From Octopus sinensis (lineage: Eukaryota): a stretch of DNA of 64,000 bases. The notes under the pieces are model-generated. The model was not told the DNA's origin. It saw only the letters and a list, made by a program, of their open reading frames with translations, and ran no database searches. Position 1 is the first letter of the stretch; every line of letters begins with the position of its first letter. The translations under genes were made by a program, and so were the position numbers. Of this stretch, positions 25,201 through 37,360 are shown in pieces. The stretch is from positions 22,444,001-22,508,000 of the forward strand of contig NC_043007.1 of assembly GCF_006345805.1 (NCBI RefSeq), written 5' to 3'.

Positions 25201-28200
25201 GCATGGGAAGGCCTACTTTGTAGTAGCTATATGCTGTTTTCATCTTTTTTTTTTAGGTGTATCTGAATAATGTAAGATAATATTATTCTTTTTTATTGTG
25301 TCAGGGTTCAGGAAAAACTCACACAATTGGAGGTTTCAATTTATCTTCAGTATCGGAGGAGCAGCAAGGTATCATACCTCGAGCTGTTCGACAGATATAT
25401 GATATCATTAATGTAAGTATGATAACATCAAAATAAGTATTTATTTTGTTCTCTTTGATGGGTGTATGTCCCTTTTTTTTAAATATCATCGTCTTCAGTG
25501 CTAGTGGCACTTAAAAAGCACCATTCGAGGATGATCGTTACCAGCATCGCCTTACTGGCACTCGAGCCCCATGCTAGTAGGGTATTAAGAGCACCATCCA
25601 AGCGTGATCATTGCCAGAGCGGCTAACTGGCTTCTGTGCCGGTGGCACGTAAAAGACACCATTCGACCGTGATCGTTACCAGCATCGCCTTACTGGCACC
25701 TGTGCCGGTGGCATGTGTAAAAGATTCGAGCGAGGTCATTGCCAGTACCGCCTGACTGGCCCCATGCAGGTGGCATGTAAAAGCACCCACTACACTCTCG
25801 GAGTGGTTGGCATTAGGAAGGGCATCGAGCTGTAGAAACTCTGCCAGGTCAAGATTGGAGCCTGGCGCAGCCATCTGGTTCGCCAGACCTCAGTCAAAAT
25901 CGTCCAACCCATGCTAGCATGGTAAGCGGACATTAAACGATGATGATGATCATCATCATCATCGTTTAATTTAATATATGCCTTCAATACTGGCATGGGT
26001 TGGATGGTTTGACAGGGACCAGTCAGGCAGGAGCTGGCCAGGCAGGAGCCAACCAGGCAGGAATCTGCACCAGACTTCTATATCTGTTTTGGCAGGAGTG
26101 TTACGACCGGATGCCCTTCATAACACCAACCACCCAGCAGCGTGGATTGAGTGCTTTTTACATGGAACAACTGCAGGCAAAGTCAGTCGTGGCATGATTT
26201 TCACGAAGGTGGCAAGCTGGCAGATATGTTAGCACGCGGGGCTAAATACTTAGCGGTATTTCGTCTGCTGCTACGTTCTGAGTTCAAATTCCACCGAGGT
26301 CAACTTTGCCTTTCATCCTTTCGGAGTCAATTAAATAAGTACCAGTTACGCACTGGGGTCGATATAATCGACTTAATCCGTTTGTCTGTCCTTGTTTGTC
26401 CCCTCTGTCTTTGGCCCCTTGTAGGCAGTAAAGAAATAGGTTTTTGCTACTAGATGCCCTTCCAATATTTTTTTTTATTTTGCATCCAATTTTTTTTTGT
26501 GTTGTTATGCCAGTGGCACGTAAAAAGCACCATCCGACAATGGTCGTTCGCCAGCCTCGTCTGGCACCTGTGTCGGTGGCACATAAAAAGCACCCACTAC
26601 ACTCACGGAGTGGTTGGCGTTAGGAAGGGTAACCAGCTGTAGAAACACTGCCAGATCAGACTGGAGCCTGGTGCTGCCTCCTGGCTTCCCAGACCCCAGT
26701 TGAACTGTCCAACCCATGCTAGCATGGAAAACAGACGTTAAACAATGATGATGATGATGATGATGTTTAGTTTGGTTCTTTAACTCAGTGTGGTTTGCTT
26801 AACCTGTAAGAACTTCTTTCAGTCATCAGACCATGGTCATGCTGGCACACCAGCTTGAAGAATCATTAGTTGAATAAACCGGCCCTGGTACGTATTCTAT
26901 TGGTTTCTTTGCTGAACTGCTAAGTCATGAAAATGTAAACGCACCAATGCCAATTGTCAAGTGGTGGTGGTGGAGGACAAACACACACGCACACATACAC
27001 GATGGGTTTCTTTCAGTATCTGCCTACCAAATCCACTCCCAAAGCTTTAGTTGGTCTGAAGTTATAGTAGAAAGCATTTGCCCCAGGTGCCATGCAGTGG
27101 CACTGCACCCGGAACCTTGTGGTTGAGAAGCAAGCTTCTTATTTCTTTACTGCCAACAAGGGGCTACACACAAAGGGGACAAACAAGGACAGACAAACGG
27201 ATTAAGCCGATTATATCAACCCCAGTGCATAACTGGTACTTATTTAATCGACCCCGGTAGGATGAAAGGCAAAGTCGACCTTGGCAGAATTTGAACTCAG
27301 ACCGTAGTGGCAGACGAAATACCGCTAAGCATTTTGCCCAGCATGCTAATGTTTCTGCCAGCTTGCCTCCTTAAAGAAGCTTCTCACCACACAGCCAGAC
27401 TTGCACCTACTAATGGTAACATGAATCAAACCCAACACTGCAGGCCAATGAAACACCAGTTCTTACAAGGAGCACTCCATCGGTTGAGATGATGAGGGTC
27501 CCAGCTGATATGATCAACGGAACAGCTTGCTCATGAAATTAACATGCAAGTGGCTGAGCACTCCACAGACGCATGTACCCCTAACGTAGTTCTCGGGAAG
27601 ATTCAGCATGACACAGTGTGTGACAAGGCTGGTCCTTTGAAATACAGGTACTACTCATTTTTGCCAGCTGAGTGGACTGGAACAACATGAAATAAAGTGT
27701 CTTGCTCAAGGACACAACACATCGCCGGGAATTGAACTCACGACTTTACGATCATGAGCCGAATGCTCCTAACCACTAAGCCACACACCTTCAAATAGTC
27801 TTACATTAGTGAACTATATCAATGAGATACCATGAGAGCAAACGTGATTTGATTGTTGGTACCTTAGCATCGTGACCACAAGTGCAACACAGTGTCAGCC
27901 TGCTGTTAAGAATTGCTACCTCCCTGCTTGTTGCCAGGTACATTACTGATTCAATTATCTACGCTCTCTCTCCACTTTTTTAATGAATATGATGTATGAA
28001 GTGGAGGACCAGACGAATATATTTATGAACACTGCACTGCCTCTGTAAATCTTGTGTGTTGTTCAGGAAATAACCTTAGACTGTTTACTTGAAAGCATTT
28101 ATTTACTTGTACTTTAGTGTTTGGTTTGTTTGCTGTGGATGTATCCTGGAGCTTTCAGGGCCTTAAAGGACATGCCTGTATGTAGAGGAGACAGGGCCTT

Positions 28201-29466
28201 AAAGGACATGCCTGTATGTAGAGGGGACAGGGCCTTAAAGGACATACCTGTATGTGGAGGAGACAGGGCCTTAAAGGACATGCCTGTATGTAGAGGAGAC
28301 AGGGCCTTAAAGGACATGCCTGTATGTGGAGGAGACAGGGCCTTAAAGGACATGCCTGTATGTGGAGGAGACAGGGCCTTAAAGGACATGCCTGTATGTA
28401 GAGGAGACAGGTCCTTAAAGGACATGCCTATATGTAGAGGAGACAGGGCCTTAAAGGACATGCCTGTATGTAGAGGAGACAGGGCCTTAAAGGACATGCC
28501 TGTATGTAGAGGAGACAGGACCTAAAGGACATGCCTGTATGTAGAGGGGACAGGGCCTTAAAGGACATACCTGTATGTAGAGGAGACAGTGCCTTAAAGG
28601 ACATGCCTGTATGTAGAGGGGACAGGGCCTTAAAGGACATGCCTGTATGTGGAGGAGACAGGGCCTTAAAGGACATGCCTCTATGTGGAGGAGACAGGGC
28701 CTTAGAGGACATGCCTGTATGTAGAGGAAACAGGGCCTTAAAGGACATGCCTGTATGTGGAGGAGACAGGGCCTTAAAGGACATGCCTGTATGTAGAGGA
28801 GACAGGGCCTTAAAGGACATGCCTCTATGTGGAGGAGACAGGGCCTTAAAGGACATGCCTGTATGTGGAGGAGACAGGGCCTTAAAGGACATGCCTGTAT
28901 GTGGAGGAGACAGGGCCTTAAAGGACATGCCTGTATGTAGAGGAGACAGGGCCTTAAAGGACATGCCTGTATGTGGAGGAGACAGGGCCTTAAAGGACAT
29001 GCCTGTATGTAGAGGAGACAGGGCCTTAAAGGACATGCCTGTATGTAAGGATGGCCACGATTTTACTTAGCTTGAAGTGTCTTCTCAAGCACAGCAAATA
29101 TATATGCATTTGCCTTGTCATCTCCTCAATGAGACCCAATGTCTGAATCTCCTTTCTCACCACTTTGTCCCACCTTTTTCTGAGTCTACTCCTTGCACAG
29201 GCGTCCACTACAATTTGAATCGGCACTTCTTTATTTGGCTGTCCTCATCCTTATACATCATATGAGCTTGCCATAGTAGTTTTTTATCCAATTTTTGTTG
29301 TTTTTTCTTTTCTTTTTTTTTGTTTTCCAGTCAAAGGCCAACATTCATTTTGCGGTGCGGGTGTCCTACATTGAAATCTACCTAGAAGAGTTGTGTGACC
29401 TGCTGGATGTGGACAATAAAACCTTACATGTGCGAGAGGATGAGAAAGGGAATACTGGTAGGTAGA

Positions 29467-29555
<89 letters not shown>

Positions 29556-32500
29556 CTCACATTCTCACATGCATATATATGTGCATGCACACACACACAC
29601 ACACACACTCATAGACAGCCAATGTGGAAGTCAGTATGTAGTCACTTATTCTGTGAGAAATAGCAGCCAAACATCTTACAAATTGCTTTTTACTCTCCGA
29701 AATGAGGAAATGGCTTCATTAAACAATGTAGTCCTAGATACACATAAAGGAAGAGATGGTCATAGCTAGAATGTCTTTGATTCTAAGATCTATTTGATCA
29801 GATTTACCTAGGGCTAAGCAACAATTTACACACATATATGCACACTAGATATATACACACAGGGAGTGCTGCAAAGTTCCTGACTTTAAGGGTGTTGTGA
29901 AAGGCCCTATTGGAGGCCCAACCTTCCGAGTCCTTTTACAGGGTTTAAGAGACCTGAAGGACCACTGCAATAAGTGTGTGAATCTGAGAGGGAGACATCT
30001 ATAATATAAATTGGACACGGGTGAGTGTTGTATTCTTTCTTGTCTTGAGGTTCACAGCCAAACGGCTGGGTGGATTCAAGTGAAAAATGGCACACATGTG
30101 GAGATGGGTGCATAGATTGGAATGCAGTTTGTAGTTTTTTCCTAGCCCCCATACTTACCAAGAAAATCAATGAAATCTTTTTCTAATGGAATTTCCCTCT
30201 TTCTTCCGCCATTAAAACAACCAGTTGCTTACAAGCTGTTTTCTGACGGGGTGGGGTCTCTAATCGAAACAGGGGACCCAAAATTATAAGGTTGAGTTAA
30301 GTTAAGTTAAGTTAATTTTTTGGCTCAAAAAGCAAAAAGCAAGGCCATGTAGGGGGACATGGAGTTATGTACAGGGAGGATGTTCATGCAAAGAGTTCAG
30401 GCCATTTCTGGCATCTTCACTATCTCGTCCGGAAGCTTATTCCACGGATCCACAACCCAGACGGAGAAAGCACCTCTCCTTCGATTGAGATGAAATCGTC
30501 GCAGATAGAGCTTTTCGGAGTGACCCCGCAGCCGATGCTCTGGAGCAGGAGTGAAGAACAGCTCTTTTGAGAGGTTGCACTTTCCGCTTATGATGTGAGC
30601 GAGAATGAGATCACCATGGCGTCGTCGTTTTTCTAGAGAATAAAGGTCAAGCATCTTCAGCCTTTCTTCATAAGACAAATGCTTGAGACCAAGAACCATG
30701 TGGGTAGCCAGCTTCTGGACTCTTTCGAGATGATGTATGTCTTTGAGGAGATAAGGTTGAGAAATGCTATTAAAGATTATGCCTAACCGAAAATGAACAC
30801 AGCCACATTATCCAAACAGACCGGGTGAAACCGGGCTTAGCTGCTAGTGGTTAATAAAATCATAATTAACTGGTTTTTCTGCATGTTCTTCTTCCCAAAA
30901 CCAGGAACTTTCCAGCACCCCCCACCCCCATACATCTATCATCATCATCATCATCATTGTCTAACGTCTGTTTTCCATGCTAGCATGGGTTGGATGGTTC
31001 GACCAGGGTCTGGAAGCCATGGAGGCTGCACCAGGCTGCAGTCTGATTTGGCAGTGTTTCTACAGCTGGATGCCCTTCCTAATGCCAACCACTCTGTGAT
31101 TGTAGTGGGTGTTTTTTACGTGCCACCGGCACAGAGGCCAGAGCTAGGTAGGCAAACAACCACGATCGGTTGGTGCTTTTACATGTCACCGACACGGACG
31201 CCAGCCAGGCGGCGCTGGTTAAATCATATTTGTTCTTGTGCTGTCCTCCAAATACTTTGTGACATAACTTAGACACGACCTCATGTATCATTGGTCCCTG
31301 CTGCCTTTTGCCTTTGCAGGGTTGGGTTGGCACAACACTGACTCTCCCTTGAAGAAGGTAGCATTTCTGTCAGAGAAGGTTGAACACAGCACTGCTATAA
31401 ACATGCATAAATTGTACAGTGTTCCCACCACTTGCAGTACAGACTCATCATCATCATCATCATCATCGTTTAACGTCCGCTTTCCATGCTAGCATGGGTT
31501 GGACGGTTCAACTGGGGTCTGGGGAGCCCGAAGGCTGCACCAGGCCAGTCAGATCTGGCAGTGTTTCTACAGCTGGATGCCCTTCCTAACGCCAACCACT
31601 CCGAGAGTGTAGTGGGTGATTTTATGTGCCACCGACACAGGTGCCAGACGAGGCTGGCTTACTCCTACTTTCTAAATACCTACTTAGAGGTAGATTAATA
31701 AGTTGCTGTTGTTTAGTCCCTAAGTAAATCCTGATTGAGTGAGCTTATGATCATTGGCATTCCAGCCATGAATTCCTGCCTGTTATTCAAGTGTACTATA
31801 TACCTTTAGACGACACTATCCAATGTATGCTTCGTGTACCTCAAGACAAATGTATACACACACACACACACTCTGACACACATATTACATGCACACACTC
31901 TGACACACCCAATGATATGTGCACACACACACACACTCTGACACACACAGTGATATGTGCACGCACACACACACACACACACGATGGGTTTCCACACAGT
32001 TTCTGTCTTCCACCTTCACTCACAAGGCGTTGGTCATCTCAGAGCTATAATAAAAGACTCTTGCCATGTGGGACTGAACCAGGAACCATTTGGTCACAAA
32101 GCAAGCTTAACCACAGTCATGCCTGCACCTAAAAATTTGTCCATGGTGGGGGGGGGGGGAGTGTATGTTTTTCTTTCCTTTACAGTTTGTTTGAATTATT
32201 GATCAGTTATTGATTTAATATTGTTTCAGTGATATCCGGTGTCCAGGAGGTAAAATGTGAAAGCATGGAAGATGTGTTTTCCTGTTTGGAGTCTGGTTCT
32301 GCAGTTCGTCACACTGGGTTGACACAAATGAATGAACACTCCAGCCGATCACACTCGGTTTTCACCATTGTTATAGGTATACAATGTTACTATTGTCTGT
32401 GTAGTATATTGTGCTTGGCTATGCAAATGCGCTTAAGACTAGTTTCTTTTGTTTATGCAATGACCCGACTTCTGTGTCATGTTTCTTGTGAATTAAAACA

Positions 32501-34208
32501 ACATTTGTAAAGTAGTTTTGACAAGAAATTAATATTTCTATGTGTATCTGTGTGTGTGCTTTTATTTAGATGTAATCCTGTACAACCTGTTGCATGGTTG
32601 GGCTGTTGGTAACTAAACCTATTTCTTTACTACCCACAAGACATAGAAGGTGACAAACAAGGTCAGACAAACGGATTAAGTTGATTACATCGATCCCAGT
32701 GCGTAACTGGTACTTAATTTATCCACCCTGAAAGGATGAAAGGCAAAGTCGACCTCGGCGGAATTTGAACTCAGAACATAGTGGCAGACGAAATACTGTT
32801 AAGCATTTCACCCGGCGTGCTAACGTTTCTGCCAGCTTGCCGCCTTAACTAAACCTGCAACACCACTGAGTTTGTTTGGTGAGAAAAGTGGTTCTTGGAC
32901 ACCCTGTTAGATGAAAGATAAGACCAGTCAAAAGGCAGATGAAGTCAGGAGGTCAACAGCCATCCAATTATGTGATATATAAATGATTGAGGGCTTAGAA
33001 ATTTCTGTTTTGGTGTCGGTGCCATATAAAAAGCAGCTGTGCTGGTTCCATGTAAAAAGGACCTGTACCAGTGCTATGTGAAGGGCACCTGTGTTGGTGC
33101 TGCATAAAAAGCACCTGTGCTGGTGCCACATAAAAATCATTTGTCCTGGTGTCACATAAAAGCACCTGTGCTTGTGTCACATCAAAAGCGGAAAGTGTAA
33201 CCTCTTGAAAGAGCTGTTCTTCACTCCTGCTCCAGAGCGTCGGCTGCGGGGGGTCACTCCGGAAAGCTCTATCTGCGATGATTTCATCTCAATCGAAAGA
33301 GAGGGGCTTTCTCCGTCCGGGTTGCAGATCCGTGGAATAAGCTGCCGGGCGAGATAGTGAAGATGCCGACGACCGCTCGGTTCAAAGTCTCTCTTGGCCA
33401 GAAATGGCCTGAACTCTCTGCATGAACAGCCTCCCTGTACATAACTCCATGTCCCCCTACATGGCCTTGCTTTTTGCTTTTTGAGCCAAAAAATTAACTT
33501 AACTTAAAAGCACCTCTGCTAGTGTCACATAAGAAAGGCATTTGTGCTGGTGTCACATAAAAAGCACCTAACTTTTCTGCCAGCTCGCCGCCTAATAATT
33601 CTAACAATTCTGCTAGCTCACCGCCATAGCAACAACAACAACAACAATAATAGTTCCTAAGTTACGCTTGTAACATTAATTTTGAATAGTGGAGAAGTTC
33701 GGTAATACAATCAACCTCAGTATATAGCTGGTACTATACCTTATTGACCCCAGGGGGATGAAAAACAGAGCTGATCTCAGTGAGAGCATGTATTTCTTTT
33801 TCTTTTACTTGTTTCAGTCACTAGACTGCAGCCATGCTGGAGCACAGCTTCGAAAAACTTTTAATGAAATGTACTGATCCCAGTACTTATTTTTTAATAG
33901 CCTGTCGGTCACTTTTTGCCAAACTGCTAAGTTACAGTGATGTAAGCACACCTACACCGGTTATCAAACAGTGGTGGGGGACAGACACACACACATGCAC
34001 ACACACACATACATACATATATATATACTTTTTTACTTGTTTCATTCACTTTGACTTCAGCCATGCTGGAGCACTGCCTTTAGTCGAGCAGATCAACCCC
34101 AGGACTTATTCTTTGTAAGCCTAGTACTTATTCTATCGGTTTCTTTTTGCTGAACCACTAAGTTACAAGGACATAAACACACCAGCATTGGTTGTCAAGC
34201 GATGTTGA

Positions 34209-34250
<42 letters not shown>

Positions 34251-35596
34251 CAAATCCACTCATAAGGCTTTGGATGGCCCGAGTCTATAGTAGAAGACAC
34301 CTGCTCAAGGTGCCACGCAGTGGGACTGAACCCAGAACCATGTGGTTGGTAAGCAAGCTACTTACCACACAGCCACTCCTGCGCCTATATATCATCGTTT
34401 AATGTCTGCCTTCTATGCTAGCACACACACATATATATACAATAGGCTTCATTCAGTTTTCTTCTACCAAATCCACTCAAAAGGCTTTGGTTAGCCTGAG
34501 GCTATAGTAGAAGACACTTCCCAAGGTGCCATACAGTGGGACTGAACCTGGAACCATGTAGCTGGGAAGAAAGCTTGTTACCACACAGCCATGCCTGCGC
34601 CTGTTTATTTAAAAATAATTCTAAAACCAGTGATGAAGATCATCATCATCATCATTTAGCATCCGCTTTTCATGCTAGCATGGGTTGGACGGTTCAACTG
34701 GGGTCTGGGAAGCCAGAAGGCTGCACCAGGCCCAGTCTGATCTGGCAATGTTTCTACGGCTGGATGCCCTTCCTAACGCCAACCACTCCATGAGTGTAGT
34801 GGGTGCTTTTTATGTGCCACCGGCACGGAGACCAATTGGGGCGGCGCTGGCAACAGCCACAGTCGGGTGGTGCTTTTTATGTGCCACCGGCACGGAGGCC
34901 AGTCAGGGCAGCGCTGGCAACGGCCACGGTCGGGTGGTGCTTTTTACGTGCCACCGGCATGGGGGCCAGGCAAAGCTCTATAATTAAAAAATATACTGCC
35001 ACAGATGTTCGATATTCTTTGCTTGGTAGAGTTTCTTGACTTGTTTTTAACAACATGTATTAAATTATTGACTCGTTTGGATATTATTATTTTTTTTTCC
35101 CTGTTTTACTAACTGCATGCATAAACCACTATTTCTCTTCTGCATGATATCAATTGCCAGACCAGAAGTGGACCAATTCTGACATTTTCAGTAGCAGACA
35201 TTTTGATTATCCTACCAACTGTTCAGTATCGAGTGACCGAGGTAGGTTTCCAGTTAAGACTTAGAGACATCAAGTTTCAAATTGCAACAGCTAAGTGCAG
35301 TTGTTGTTGAGTAGCTTTCTTTGTTTGTACTTAAGCATACGTATAGAATATATAGATACACACACAAAGGTTATATATTTTTTTTTCCTTCCTTTTTTTC
35401 TTTCCTTGTTTCCTTCCTTGTTTTTTTCCTTCCTTGTTTCTCTCCTTGTTTCTTTACTGTGTATCTTTCTGTCGAGGAGCTTAGGCTCGAAACGTAAAAG
35501 ACTCTTTCTATTTTTATTCCTGAGTGCCATACTAATACATTTGTTTGTTTGTACTCCACCTGCCTTCATCTTTTGTTTATTTTCGTAAACCTTCCC

Positions 35597-35638
<42 letters not shown>

Positions 35639-36000
35639 TTTAAAATAGGATAAAATCTTCATAAGAATTTATCAAGTAGTTGGCGTGAAAAACCTCATAA
35701 GAGAAAAAATCCACCAATTTTTTCACTTAAATATATTTATTTATATTATTATATAGAGGTCATTACTATACATAAATGCCACATGCTAGGAGGGACTCTT
35801 AAAGTCAGAACTACCAAAATAAATAAACACATGTATGCACACACACACACACACACATACATATTACCAATAGAGATTTCTTGACTCAAGGACAGGTTCA
35901 AGATCCTCTTGCCGACACCCTTCACTGGATTCCTGAACATGATAAGCGGGTAGCAGGAGGCTATGATGATGTAGGTAAATAACGGTGGCGATGACGACGA

Positions 36001-36033
<33 letters not shown>

Positions 36034-37309
36034 TGTAACGTACAAGTGTAATTGAATAGGTCTGTTGTATGCATGTGGCCAACTGAATGCTCTCCAAGAA
36101 TCTTAGTCCGTTATTCACACCTATTCCTACACCAACTCTGCTCCTGTTTTAACATGTTTCACTCACTTGGCTGTAATGTTTTGTTACTAACAAGAAGGAA
36201 AACTAAGCTTGTTTTAGATACAAAGATACTTTATACAGCGTTTAATGAATACATTCTACAGTGTTTTTAATTGTAGCATTTCTCATTCTCTTCCAGAAAT
36301 TTCCCACTGTATGTCGGCCAAATTTCATTTTGTTGATTTGGCTGGCTCAGAAAGAGCACATCGCATTGGTAATGTTGGTGAACGCTTTAAAGGTAAGTTT
36401 TGTTAGCTGTGTTATGGAGATGGGGGTAGCTCTATGTTCTGTGTGTAGGGGGGATATACTGTGTTTCTTTTTCATTATCTAATCTCAAGCTGAACCGGAT
36501 TATACCATAGCAGTTTATTATTTACTCTGTGCCCCCTCCCCTGCTCTCTAGTCGACCAATATGCTTTCCTAGAACCTAATTCAACCAATGGTGGCCTCAA
36601 TTTCACAACATTCCAAGTTTACAGTACTCTTTGTTCACAAATTACGATGGAAGAGCAGAGAGCAGTGTACATGGCTCATTGTAATACAAGGTGGGGCGGT
36701 TAGGATTAGGGGGTAGATTTTATCTTGTTTTTATAGTGAGTTGGGAGTTGGGGGTGGGGGTAAACCCCTGACCTGAGTCGTGGGTGATATTGCGCAAAAG
36801 TGGTGGAGATAGTCACCACAGTAGAACACCAAATTAATAGCTTAGAGTTCTTAGTCTAAATCCTGTTGGTGTTGACTATTTTCCTTCCCTCTGAAGTAGA
36901 TAAAGTAAATATTATTTGTGTACATACTAAAGTTAGTTACTAGTTGTTTAGCAGACTTATGATCAACAGTGTTCCGGTTGTGACCTTCCAGCCTTTTTTT
37001 AATGCTGGTATTCAGGTAAAGTGTATCTAGGTCTACATTATATTTTTCTATCCTTCCATTTTTTAAGATGGTTGAGTCGGATTTGTAGGAGATTTAGTTG
37101 TTATTTCTAGCAGGTTGTCCACTACAAAAGCTCCCTCATTAACTAAACTGTTAATTATGTTAATTATGTGCTTAGGTCAAATACTGTCTAAGAGTAGTCG
37201 AAATAAAAGTCAGAATTATATCAGAAAAATGGCTACAAGTTAAATCAAATCAAACTAAATGTAATAGATTCTATCCAGGAATAGAGTGAATACACACATA
37301 CTTTTATAT

Positions 37310-37360
<51 letters not shown>

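Noticed and set aside
28157-29046. Possible CRISPR array (36-bp repeats)
   Set aside because: Repeats are contiguous with no unique spacers, there are no cas genes, and the context is a eukaryotic intron.
28114-29070. 12-aa repeat ORFs on both strands ([12 protein letters not shown] / [12 protein letters not shown]), including RGD motifs
   Set aside because: A consequence of a 36-bp unit with no stops in some frames; intronic, no splice support, and the RGD is incidental.
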